64,000 bases of DNA, from the NCBI GenBank assembly GCA_950097015.1, contig CATNEN010000006.1, forward strand, positions 372,001-436,000, read 5' to 3'. Every line of letters begins with the position of its first letter. Position 1 is the stretch's first letter. Both the position numbers and the translations under genes were made by a program. The stretch is from Macrostomum hystrix (taxonomy: Eukaryota > Animalia > Platyhelminthes). Shown one piece after another: positions 50,182 through 62,700 of the stretch. A model generated the notes under the pieces. It did not search any database. It was not told the origin of the DNA and worked only from the letters and a program-made list of their open reading frames with translations.

Positions 50182-51048
50182 CAGGGGTCGGCAAACTCCG
50201 GCCCGCGGGCCAGATGCGGCCCTCGAAGCTCCCAAATCCGGCCCGTTGCACCTTCTGACATCTACAGTGTCCTGTTTCATCTCACTCGTGTCTAATCTCT
50301 CCCGTGTCTCATCTCTCCCGTGTCTAATCTCTCCCGTGTCTCATCTCTCCCGTGTCTAATCTCTCCCGTGTCTCATCTCTCCCGTGTCTCATCTCTCCCG
50401 TGTCTAATCTCTCCCGTGTCTTATCTCTCCCATGTATTATCTCTCCCGTGTCTCATTTCTCCCGTGTCTAATCTCTCCCGTGTCTTATCTCTCCCATGTA
50501 TTATCTCTCCCGTGTCTCATCTCTCCCGTGTCTAATCTCTCCCGTGTCTCATCTCTCCCGTGTCTCATCTCTCCCGTGTCTCATCTCTCCCGTGTCTCAT
50601 CTCTCCCGTGTCTCATCTCTCCCGTGTCTAATCTCTCCCGTGTCTAATCTCTCCCGTGTCTCATCTCTCCCGTGTCTCATCTCTCCCGTGTCTAATCTCT
50701 CCCGTGTCTTATCTCTCCCATGTATTATCTCTCCCGTGTCTAATCTCTCCTGTTTCTCATCTCTCCCGTGTCTTATCTCTCCCATGTCTAATCTCTCCTG
50801 TGTCTCATCTCTCCCGTGTCTAATCTCTCCCGTGTCTCATCTCTCCCGTGTCTCATCTCTCCCGTGTCTAATCTCTCCCGTGTCTTATCTCTCCCATGTA
50901 TTATCTCTCCCGTGTCTAATCTCTCCTGTTTCTCATCTCTCCCGTGTCTTATCTCTCCTCTATCTCATATTTATACAGTCAATGCGGCCCTCTGTCGTCC
51001 TTTAGGTTCTCTCTTTGGCCCGCCAGCAAATAAGTTTGCCTACCCCTG
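50182..51048. mobile_element. Non-autonomous hAT element (copy 2, inverted relative to copy 1) carrying the same 16-bp satellite
   Basis: TIRs are CAGGGGTCGGCAAACT and AGTTTGCCTACCCCTG. A perfect 8-bp TSD, GTCTATGG, lies at 50174-50181 and 51049-51056. An internal TCTCCCGTGTCTCATC array spans ~50285-50960. Confidence 0.92.
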
Positions 51049-51433
51049 GTCTATGGTCAAGACAGGATATATTTGCACATGAACCGATTCGCTGAAAGTA
51101 TTCAAAATGCACGCGAGTACGCTAAAGACAAAGCCGGGCAGCACGCGGGTGGCAGCACGCGAAATACAACTTTGCATAAGGTGGCGGGGTGGGTGTCTGG
51201 GGTGTGAATGTACACCCAATCAGCGAGCGCGGATTGGACACATTAATTTACAAAATCACAACAAATCCAACAACAAGGTACTGAGAAAAGTTTGTTAACA
51301 GAGCTACTAACCCAGCCCGATCAACCCCGCGGTTGAGGAACACCAAGAATTTCCGTCCATCTAGATTCCAGGGCGACAGTCCCGATCCCATACATATCAG
51401 AACATAATTCTCGGCAAAAAGAAGTGTTATTTA

Positions 51434-53187
51434 CGAGGGGTGTTTCAAAAGTAACGAGAATTTAGTCATAACTTTTTAATGGATAAACTTTTTAACTTGA
51501 AATTTTTACCCGATAATTTTGCAAATATGGACAGCACACAGCTTCAGTTGCAACTCTATCGCTCTACATGCACTAGTGAAATCTCACATTAAAGTCCAGA
51601 CCTCGAGATTAAAAATTACGATTTTTGTCTGTGGTCTATTTACCTGAGAACTTGCTTAGAACTTGAAAACTGCTAATGATGCTGCTGATGCACTCAGCTG
51701 CTTCTGATACTGTCTCCGGTGTCTGCTGTTTATGGGCAAAGTTGCCTAGGAATTTTTGTTTTTTAAGCTGCATAGGCTGCTCAAAATTGCAAATGCTTGA
51801 CTGAGAGACTTGACTGAAAAGTGCTTTCAAGTGAGACTATGGAACGACCGAAAGATCATTCAGAAATTGGATCAAAGGAAGGACAACGGCATTTTATCGC
51901 TGGTCTGGTTCAACTTGGAAAGAAGCCATGCGATATCGCTCGGGACCTGAACCAGGCATTTGGAGATCAGGCACTATCGCAAGCGCGGGTTTATGCTCAC
52001 TGCAAGGCGTTCCGCGAGGGTGCTACAGGATGTGGTGACGCGCCGAGGTCAGGTCGCCCCCGCACGTCAACGGATGACAACAGCAAACAGATTGTCCGTG
52101 ATTACCTCTGCGCCAATCCTTCTGCCACATTGCGTGAAGTTGAGGAGGTCTGTAGCATCTCCATTGCTTCTGTGAGCCGCATCCTCAAGGAAATAAACTG
52201 GTCGAGAGTCTGTGCCAAGTGGGTGCCGCGTGAGTTGACCCTGGACCACAAAAGAAAGCGAATTCAATGTGCAACGGAGAACTTGCAGTTGTGGCAGCAA
52301 CTTGGTGATCAGGAGTTTAAACGACTTCTCATCAGTATTGATGAGACACCACTGCCAATGTTTAATCCACTGACTAAGCAGCTGTCCATGCAGTGGGGGC
52401 CCAGGGGCCGTCAGCCGCACACAAAGCCAATGAAGTCGGCATGGACACGCAACATCATGTGCACCATGTGGTTTGAGGCCTGTGGGGTTCTGATGGTCGA
52501 CTACCTGCCAGACAAGGCCACCATCAATGCTGCATACGTGCAAGATCAAGTTGCTCGTCTGCGTGAAGTCATCCTCCAGAAGCGACGCATCATGCGCGCC
52601 AGGCCCTTCATCTTGTGGGACAACGCTCGCCCTCACGTCGCCGCGGCCACCACAAGGAAAGTGGAAGAGCTCGGCTTTCGGCTGCTTAATCATCCACCTT
52701 ATTCACCAGACCTCGCCATTGCTGACTTTCACTTGTTTGGAGTAATGAAGAAGCCCATGCGAGGTCGCGTCTTCACCAGTCGACAGGAAGTCATTGCGGC
52801 GGCCAACGAATCTCTCCATGCGCTGCCTGCGAGTTTTTGGGGGGAGGGAATCGACAAACTGCTGCATCGCTATGAGAAGTGTATCCAGCTCGATGGCAGC
52901 TTTGTGGAGCGTGCTGAAATCGCTGAAGAAATGGACGAAGGCGCTGATTTTTGACACAACAAACACGTTCACCTGTTCACTATTTTCCACAGACAAAAAT
53001 CGTAATTTTTAATCTCGAGGTCTGGACTTCAATGTGCGATTTCACTGGTGCATGTAGACCGACAGGGTTGCAACTGAAGCTGTGTGCTGTCCATATTTGC
53101 AAAATTATCGGGTAAAAATTTCAAGTTAAAAAGTTTATCCATTAAAAAGTTATGACTAAACTCTCGTTACTTTTGAAACACCCCTCG
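51434..53187 (+). mobile_element. Full-length mariner (Tc1/mariner DD34D) DNA transposon, 1,754 bp, with ~201-bp TIRs and TA target duplication
   Basis: TA|CGAGGGGTGTTTCAAAAGTAACG ... CGTTACTTTTGAAACACCCCTCG|TA. The inverted match spans 51434-51634 versus 52987-53187 with about 7 mismatches. Confidence 0.96.
51839..52954 (+). CDS. Mariner transposase, intact, 371 aa
   Basis: N-terminal HTH-like region and DAPRSGRP linker, WVPREL motif, catalytic SIDET / WDNARPH / YSPDLAIAD. There are 34 residues between the 2nd and 3rd Asp (DD34D). Confidence 0.96.
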   Translation: MERPKDHSEIGSKEGQRHFIAGLVQLGKKPCDIARDLNQAFGDQALSQARVYAHCKAFREGATGCGDAPRSGRPRTSTDDNSKQIVRDYLCANPSATLREVEEVCSISIASVSRILKEINWSRVCAKWVPRELTLDHKRKRIQCATENLQLWQQLGDQEFKRLLISIDETPLPMFNPLTKQLSMQWGPRGRQPHTKPMKSAWTRNIMCTMWFEACGVLMVDYLPDKATINAAYVQDQVARLREVILQKRRIMRARPFILWDNARPHVAAATTRKVEELGFRLLNHPPYSPDLAIADFHLFGVMKKPMRGRVFTSRQEVIAAANESLHALPASFWGEGIDKLLHRYEKCIQLDGSFVERAEIAEEMDEGADF

Positions 53188-56144
53188 TATTTTTATTAGG
53201 CTTGCTTGCTACGGAATTCACTTTTGAATGCGTAAATTTAAGATAAAGATAACGATAAGGAATGCCTTTTAGAGTTAGAAAATAGAGCTAAATTTGGGTC
53301 CAAAACAATAATATAGTGCATGGCATTCAATTTGTATAGATGAGGCAACCAGGTGGCATAATCATATATTCATGGTACTCCTTTCTCAACCTATTGTTTT
53401 AATTTTTCTCAAATGAGCCTTTTTCACTAATTGACTTACCACCACACTTCGCTAGCTTACAATGGGAGTATTGATATAAACGAGCGTAGATACTGAAACG
53501 CTGGGATATTTTCAAGCGACTATAAAAGACGAAATGCAGTGTACGAGCGCATTTTAAAGGAATCTAAATAGGGCTTGATTGCCTTGAGATTTAGATCATT
53601 TTCTTGTTAAAAGTATAGACATTTTTAACTAAAAAATGGCGTCATGTGAAACAGCATTACTGTTACTTGCACATAATGTAGTGCCTGTAGAGAAACATTG
53701 CAGCTAAGTAATCACTGATTTCGTTTTTGGAAGTCTAAACAGAGAAGGATAGCAGACAAAATTTGGGATTCTAGTTTCCGGAGCTGGAGTACTGAAATCG
53801 AATAATGAATAGCGAGCTCATCCAGCCAAATATACCCCCTCACATTTGAAGCGATGGGAAGTTAATGACAAATCTCTACGGCCGCCACAATTAGGAAGAT
53901 TAAAAAACCCGACCTACACAACGCATGATTTTAACTCATTGTGCACAAAGGCAGTTGCTTCTGAGGTAGCAATCACTATATGAGCAGATATAACTAAGCT
54001 AAGATATGTGTCATGTCGGGACAAGCCCAGTGTGCCATGCGACATGCCGGGACAAGCACAGTTTGTCATGGGCCATGCCTAGAGAAGCAGTGTGTCATGT
54101 GACATGCACGGAGAGGCTCAGTGTGTCATGTGCCATGCCTAGAGAAGCAGTGTGTCATGTGACACGACAATAAATTCGTCGCACTTAAGTGTCAATAAAA
54201 CTTCATAAATCTGCGCATCAAATAATTTATCATTAACATTAGTTTTGTAGAAATACTGCGTCAGTGAGCAGGGGATAGGCTGCTCAGGGGATAGGCACTT
54301 ATATTTTTGCCCTACGAGCAGGCTTAAATTACCCAAAATTGGATAAAAAATACATGGTTTAGCCCAGGTCGAATTTCACATGTCACGCACTGAGAATGCT
54401 CGCAGCTGTCTGGAATGCGTACATTATGGTCCCATGGTATCGTTAGTTGGGTGAGTCTTGCCAACTTTCGGGTGGATGATTAAGCCTAAAGCGTTATAGC
54501 ACAAAAAATCTGAAAACATTTCATACGCCGACATTGGAAACGGAGACGTCTATGGCAAATAGTTTGGTAGCACCCATACCAAGAGCAGCTTTTTCATGAA
54601 CGCTATAGCATAGTGCGGTCTAGTTGGGAAGCTTTTTTACGGCGCCACACAGCGACTGTTGTCTATGGCCAACTCGAAAATACAACTGCGGGCTTTGAAA
54701 TTAGACATTTAGACATCTAAACACTTGTCTATGGTTAAACCAAATGAACTCATTAACCAATGAAACCAAAAAGTGTCACCATTTACTGTTATCGAGACAA
54801 GGACAAGGTATCCAACGTACGCGAAAATACAGGACAAGAGACATAGTTTTGCAAGCTTGGAAAAAGGGTGATAAGTGGGTGACATCTCTCGAATTATAGA
54901 CATCAAGCGAACCTCCGTGTACAACATCTGCCACGCCTTTGATTTGGAAGGGAGCTAAGCACTGCCCAGGGGTGGAACTAAGAACCAAAATCTCACCGAA
55001 CCTATGAAAGACTTTCTGCTAGCTGCGGTGAAGGAGAATCTGTTGGTCACGTTGTAAAAGCTACGCTCTGCACAATTTTACATACTCGTTGAGCTCGGTT
55101 GCCAGTAAAATTGTTTTGCATTTTATTCCCAGCAATCAATGAATCAATGAATTAATGAAGAATGTGTCGTTATAGAAAACTAAATTGCTTGTTTCTGCTA
55201 TGTTCTGCTAGAGTTCACCGGTGGTCGAGACCCTCCTGCTTGCAAAACACTGAGACGCAAACACTGACGCTTACGCCAGAGCGGGCAGCGGAACTCGGCG
55301 CATTTGCACCCGCATTAACGAAGATATACGCAGATTTCAAGCTGCATACGAAAGCGAAATTACTTTCGATTTATTGGATTTTCGCTAAGGAAAGTATTCC
55401 TATTTTCCGAGATCAGTTTCAATGCGAGAATCAGATAGCTTTTTGTTTTAGGAACACCGTGACGAAAATGGCATTGGGAAGGGTAGCAATGTGCATTTCA
55501 TCGACAATGTTTTACGATCGCGCAAAAAGCAACGCTTTTCCCACTGGTTGCGCACACATAGGATGGCTTTGCTCTCACAACAAAATCGAGAAGCTAAACG
55601 CTTGACAGGCCACGACACGTTATTTCAAGCTTTAAATTCAGAACTACTGATCCAAAGCTTACAATGCAGCACTGAATTGACTTAGCTGCCAGGGTTGAGA
55701 GCGCACGACACACGCGCAAACACTGCGTGTTTGAATTCGTGCTAAGAAGATGTCATTAAAACAAATGACAAAATGATAGCAGGATCACGGAGATTGACGA
55801 ATAAGGATGAAAGACATAAAGTATACCAAGAGTTATGGTTTTAAGTAAGCAAGGGAGATATATGAAGGCAGAGAAAGCAAAGGAATAAACTCATGCATCA
55901 ATTATGCAGCACAAGTGCAAATGCCGTTGCTTCATAGCAGGGCAGAATCACTTATTGGCCCATTCTTAGTGCAAGTGCAATAGATAGTGGTGCAATAGAT
56001 AGTGCAAGAGAATTATGAGTATGTTAGAACAGTCTAAATGACTTCGTGTAAAGTAACAAAAAATCGTTGCTGAAACAAACCAGTCCCATTCTCTTGTGGG
56101 AATTCTGAAATCGTGATAGGATGTGTGATGTGAAAATGAGATTT

Positions 56145-58440
56145 TAGAATGCTTCACTGATCCGATAGGGATTTTAGAATCAATCACCGATCAGATAGGG
56201 ATTTTAGAATCAATCACCGATCAGATAGGGATTTTAGAATCAATCACCGATCAGATAGGGATTTTAGAATCAATCACTGATCAGATAGGGACTTTAGACT
56301 GAATCACCGATCAGATAGGGATTTTAGACTGAATCACCGATCAGAATGGGATTTTAGACTGAATCACCGATCAGATAGGGATTTTAGAATCAATCACTGA
56401 TCAGATAGGGATTTTAGAATCAATCACTGATCTGATAGGGATTTTAGACTGAATCACTGATCTGATAGGGATTTTAGAATCAATCACCGATCAGAAAGGG
56501 ATTTTAGAATCAATCACCGATCAGATAGGGATTTTAGACTGAATCACAGATCCGATAGGGATTTTAGAATCAATCACCGATCAGATAGGGATTTTAGACT
56601 GAATCACAGATCCGATAGGGATTTTAGAATCAATCACCGATCAGATAGGGATTTTAGACTGAATCACAGATCCGATAGGGATTTTAGAATCAATCACCGA
56701 TCAGATAGGGATTTTAGACTGAATCACAGATCCGATAGGGATTTTAGAATCAATCACTGATCAGATAGGGATTTTAGACTGAATCACAGATCCGATAGGG
56801 ATTTTAGAATCAATCACCGATCAGATAGGGATTTTAGACTGAATCACAGATCCGATAGGGATTTTAGAATCAATCACCGATCAGATAGGGATTTTAGACT
56901 GAATCACAGATCCGATAGGGATTTTAGAATCAATCACCGATCAGATAGGGATTTTAGACTGAATCACAGATCCGATAGGGATTTTAGAATCAATCACTGA
57001 TCAGATAGGGATTTTAGACTGAATCACAGATCCGATAGGGATTTTAGAATCAATCACCGATCAGATAGGGATTTTAGACTGAATCACAGATCCGATAGGG
57101 ATTTTAGAATCAATCACCGATCAGATAGGGATTTTAGAATCAATCACCGATCAGATAGGGATTTTAGAATCAATCACCGATCAGATAGGGACTTTAGACT
57201 GAATCACCGATCAGATAGGGATTTTAGACTGAATCACCGATCAGAATGGGATTTTAGACTGAATCACCGATCAGATAGGGATTTTAGAATCAATCACTGA
57301 TCAGATAGGGATTTTAGAATCAATCACTGATCTGATAGGGACTTTAGAATCAATCACTGATCAGATAGGGATTTTAGAATCAATCACCGATCAGATAGGG
57401 ACTTTAGACTGAATCACCGATCAGATAGGGATTTTAGACTGAATCACCGATCAGAATGGGATTTTAGACTGAATCACCGATCAGATAGGGATTTTAGAAT
57501 CAATCACTGATCAGATAGGGATTTTAGAATCAATCACTGATCTGATAGGGATTTTAGACTGAATCACTGATCTGATAGGGATTTTAGAATCAATCACCGA
57601 TCAGATAGGGATTTTAGAATCAATCACCGATCAGATAGGGATTTTAGACTGAATCACAGATCCGATAGGGATTTTAGAATCAATCACCGATCAGATAGGG
57701 ATTTTAGACTGAATCACAGATCCGATAGGGATTTTAGAATCAATCACCGATCAGATAGGGATTTTAGACTGAATCACAGATCCGATAGGGATTTTAGAAT
57801 CAATCACTGATCAGATAGGGACTTTAGACTGAATCACCGATCAGATAGGGATTTTAGACTGAATCACCGATCAGAATGGGATTTTAGACTGAATCACAGA
57901 TCCGATAGGGATTTTAGAATCAATCACCGATCAGATAGGGATTTTAGACTGAATCACAGATCCGATAGGGATTTTAGAATCAATCACCGATCAGATAGGG
58001 ATTTTAGACTGAATCACAGATCCGATAGGGATTTTAGAATCAATCACCGATCAGATAGGGATTTTAGACTGAATCACAGATCCGATAGGGATTTTAGAAT
58101 CAATCACCGATCAGATAGGGATTTTGGACTGAATCACCGATCCGATAGGGATTTTAGACTAAATCACTGATCTGATAGGGATTTTAGAATCAATCACCGA
58201 TCAGATAGGGATTTTGGACTGAATCACCGATCCGATAGGGATTTTAGACTGAATCACTGATCCGATAGGGATTTTAGACTGAATCACCGATCAGATAGGG
58301 ATTTTAGACTGAATCACTGATCCGATAGGGATTTTAGACTGAATCACTGATCCGATAGGGATTTTAGACTGAATCACAGATCCGATTGGGATTTTAGAAT
58401 GGAACCATCCTCATATTGGGATTTTAGAATAAGACCATCA
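56145..58440. repeat. 30-bp satellite (GATCAGATAGGGATTTTAGAATCAATCACC) with 60-bp dimer tracts, about 76 copies
   Basis: Homogeneous array; two variants (GAATCAATCACC / GACTGAATCACA) alternate over long stretches. Confidence 0.97.
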
Positions 58441-59756
58441 TCAGAATGGGATTTAAATGGGAAAAATCTTGTCGCTTTTCTATTTAGAGTAACAAGCGAA
58501 CGAAGTTGCAATTTATGAAGTGATCCGGCCCGCAGTTTGGAGAGATTGAGATTCAGAAAAATCTGCCAGGAACTCTAGCTCCAGTCTAAAATTTAACAGT
58601 TTTTTTTTCCTGATGCTTTCATATCTCCCTCACCTCAAGTTGTAAATCACAATTTAGATTTCTGTCGATCTCCCCATAATAGTGTAGGCTTATGTGCGTG
58701 CGCCTTGGTGCACTTAGATTTATGAAATTTTAAGCATTTTCTTCTTCATAAAAATAGCATCGCGGCACTGCTATAGATGGTAACTATCCGCAATGAGTAG
58801 GCTTAGTTGGGCCGTGGGTTCAACTGATCTGCTTAAACCCAGCCGACCAACCCACTACCAGCATATTGCTGGTTATGTGACACTATCAAACGAATTGCCT
58901 AGAAACCAGCGAGAGCCGGATAAGCCAGAGAGCTCGAAATGCTCTTAAAACTTAAAACTTGGAAAACTTTGCAGCAAAGGAACAAAATTAGAGTTGCAGT
59001 TTTTTACTCAAACAATCCGATTTTTTACTTTCTTTGCTAAAGTGAGACCTAAACTCATTAAAAACAAAACTATTTCTGAGACTGCAGTAGAAAATACGGA
59101 CAGAAAATGCTTGTATAAGGCAAAAATAGCGTCGTTATAAATTTATTTCATATTTAAAAGCTAGAACAAGCCAGTATAAAAGTAGAAAGATAACGGGGTA
59201 TTTACGAAAATACCATTTTTCCTATATCGTCTAAAATATTCAACTAATGGCCGGCTTTGAAAGTTAGTTCATCGTACTCGTAAAGGACGAAAAATCGTGA
59301 TCCATTTGATTAACTTTCACTTTTACGAAATCGGTCATTCAGTTTCGGAGCTATCGTGAAGTTGGCAGTGGGTATTTGAAATAGCCCGTGGTCTCTCTAC
59401 TGTTAAACATATTGAATGCATTGAGAAAAATAGCTTACTAGATGATTCAGGCGAAAATATAATATTTTTAAGTTTGCTTACATACTACTGCAATGGTATA
59501 ATGCGCTGATATATGACATTTGGTGTTTTGTTTAAAAAAACTATGGATTAAGACGTTAAAGAACATTGCTTAAAGCATTAAGCGTCACTGGCCAAGAAAG
59601 AAATCACAATAATCAAGCAGCAGTTCAGATTTCGTGGCGCGAATAGAAGGAAAGGACACAATAGTTGGGAAGGCCTAGAAGGGTATCAGAACCCGCAGTG
59701 ATCCCACGGGCGAAGGCCAGGAACGGGGGGATTACATAAGGGGTTGGCTACTGAAA

Positions 59757-62700
59757 TCAGGAGTCTTTAGAAGACCTGGCCAGGCCGCGCGATACAAGCA
59801 GTTCTGAGCACCACACACTGGCAAGATGAGCTCGCTGGGCTGCGCGCATCATGCGAAAATCGACGTGCCTAGACAAACTGTGCAGATCGCTGTCTGCGGC
59901 ATTGGCGCATTCGTTTGACAGCGCCGGCTTCGCAACGACTTCAAGAACGGCGCCACCGAAAGCGTCGGCTATGCATCCGAGAGCGGCCTTGGTCCAGATG
60001 TCATCGGCTACAGTGTGAGCCAGGCAGACTGGCAGGGCTAGGCCGGGCAGCGAATCGAAGTCCACGCCGTCGACTTTGTCGTCGTCGCCTGTGCCTGAAG
60101 CGCCGATTAAAGCTGTCATGTTGAACACGGCGAAGCGCGACTGGCCGATAACAATCTTAATAGCTTCACCCCGATCCGGCAGATAAATTGTTTGAGTCTG
60201 GCCTTCACCAGCGCCGGCGCAGACACCGCGAAGCATTCGCCCGGAGGAGTTTGACTTTAGCAGCAGAGAGGCGCCCAGTTTCGGCGGCTGAGTCAGCTGC
60301 CAGCTTGGCTGCAGTCGCACTTTAGACAGGCAATCTAAAGTGCAGATAACAAACCGACACGTTCAAATAATAATAATACGGCTCGAAATTTCAGGAGGGC
60401 TATGGGGAATGGCACATCTCTAGACCCGCATCCAACGAGTTGGAAATTCTGCCCATTCGGCCGACTCCTGAGCACACACGCGCACATACTCTACGCAGGC
60501 ACACGCTCACACAGGCGTGTACATCTGCCCTGACTTTCTTACCGTCAGGCAGTGTAAACTTCACTGTGCCTTTTAGGCTGGCTCTCAAATTGCACGAGAA
60601 GCCCCCAAGCCTTCTCTCCGCGGATGCGCCCCAAATTAATGTGGCCTGGCCGCGGAATCGAGCTCAGGGACCTTGGTGCGAGAGGCAAACGCGTTAACTG
60701 CTTTTTGTTGTGCATCTTCTGAAACAAGAATCAATTCGCCAGCACTTCAGATCGTCGAGATATTCAATGCTTCTGGCAAAGGTAAGATTTTTCCCAAAAG
60801 CGCTAGTGTATTTCACACAACCCTATACACAAATTAACACTGCGCCTCAGTGCGTCCTTGCCAGGCCTTCAAAATTTATTAGCATGTCACCCGAATGTGC
60901 TTGCATCATCTCCGTCTTCGGTGGTGACCTACATTAATCTATACGGACTGCTGGACCTTTAAGGGCTACAACAGGTGGAAATATATCCATATGGACACTC
61001 TGACGCCAAAAATTTATCCGATTTCACTGATTAATCCTAAATATTAGGCGCAGCTCAACCACAGGACAAAATCGCCTAGTCTGTCAACCAATCAGTCACC
61101 ACCCAAGGCTGTTAGCATTCAAGCGCTGTCAAAAAAATCTCAGGGCCCTTCTTGGCATAAAAAACGGACGGCAAAATGGCTTGGTAGTCCTATTGTTACG
61201 AAATCCTGTATGATTTGTTTCTACTCGGAGAAGATCTCCTGAAGAATGGAAGAAGACTGTTTGAAGAATTTTGAACGACTTTATAAGAAAGAAAGACTTT
61301 AGAAGAAACGACTTTATACGCACCGTCCAACTGGCGAATCAGGCTGTTTCCAGCTGGCCCAATGTCCACCAGGTGCAGCAGGCGCCGTTTAGAATCAACA
61401 CCGGCTAACTGGCCAACAAAGGCGCCGTTAAGACAAGCCAGGCGTTTGGCTTGACCAGTAATTTGTAGCAGCTCAGATGTAGTCAAAACACTTGGCGCAG
61501 GAACGATTGCTGAATGTGTCTTAATCTTCGATGCAGGTGTTTTAATCTCCTGAGCAGGTGCTTTAACCTCCTGAGCAGGTGCCTTAACCTCCTGAGCAGG
61601 TGCTTTAATCTCCTGAGCAGGTGCTTTAATCTCCTGAGCAGGTGCTTTAACCTCCTGAGCAGGTGCTTTAACCTCCTGAGCAGGTGCTTTAACATCCTGA
61701 GCAGGTGCTTTAATCTCCTGAGCAGGTACTTTAACCTCCTGAGCAGGTGCTTTAACCTCCTGAGCAGGTGCTTTAACCTCCTGAGCAGGTGCTTTAACCT
61801 CCTGAGCAGGTGCTTTAACATCCTGAGCAGGTGCTTTAACATCCTGAGAAGGTGCTTTAACCTCCTGAGAAGGTTCTTTAACATCCTGAGAAGGTGCTTT
61901 AACCTCCTGAGAAGGTGCTTTAACATCCTGAGCAGGTGCTTTAATCTCCTGAGCAGGTACTTTAACCTCCTGAGCAGGTGCTTTAACCTCCTGAGCAGGT
62001 GCTTTAACCTCCTGAGCAGGTGCTTTAACATCCTGAGCAGGTGCTTTAACATCCTGAGAAGGTTCTTTAACATCCTGAGAAGGTGCTTTAACCTCCTGAG
62101 AAGGTTCTTTAACATCCTGAGAAGGTGCTTTAACCTCCTGAGAAGGTGCTTTAACCTCAGGCTCAGGTGCCGTGATCCCAGGTGACTGCTTTTTATTTAC
62201 TGACAAGGGCAGGTGGGCTTGGTCCGGCTTGTCGAATTCCAGAACATCAACGGGAGACAGCATGAATCCGTTGCTCAGTCGGCTTCGGCCGCAGCGTCGA
62301 ATAGTCAGCTGACCGTCGTGCCACTCGGCTACCCGACGCAGCTTGTCGGTGGCCTCGGCCACGTCTGGATTCGAAGCTTGCAGATTGCGGAATGAAACCT
62401 GGCATGTGAATTAACAAGGACAATTAATATTCACCAGACGCAACTGAGTGTCACATAAACCTAAAAGCCTCACCTAAACCCATCTACCTAAAAGCAGCAC
62501 CTAAACCCATCTACCTAAAAGCCGCACCTAAAAGCATTACCTAAAAGCAGCACCTAAACCTATCTATCTAAAAGTCGCACCTAAACCTATCTACCTAAAA
62601 GCCGCACCTAAACCATCTACCTAAAAGCAGCACCTGAACCCATCTATCTAAAAGTCGCACCTAAACCATCTACCTAAAAGCAGCACCTAAACCCATCTAT

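Noticed and set aside
52067-52693. 208-aa antisense ORF inside the mariner
   Set aside because: Overlaps the transposase on the opposite strand, with no independent features.
55162-55605. 147-aa intergenic ORF
   Set aside because: No recognisable domain, codon pattern or splice context.
60715-60930. Possible extra small exons of the Tudor gene
   Set aside because: Candidate donors are weak, and the flanking exons already splice in phase; left unresolved.
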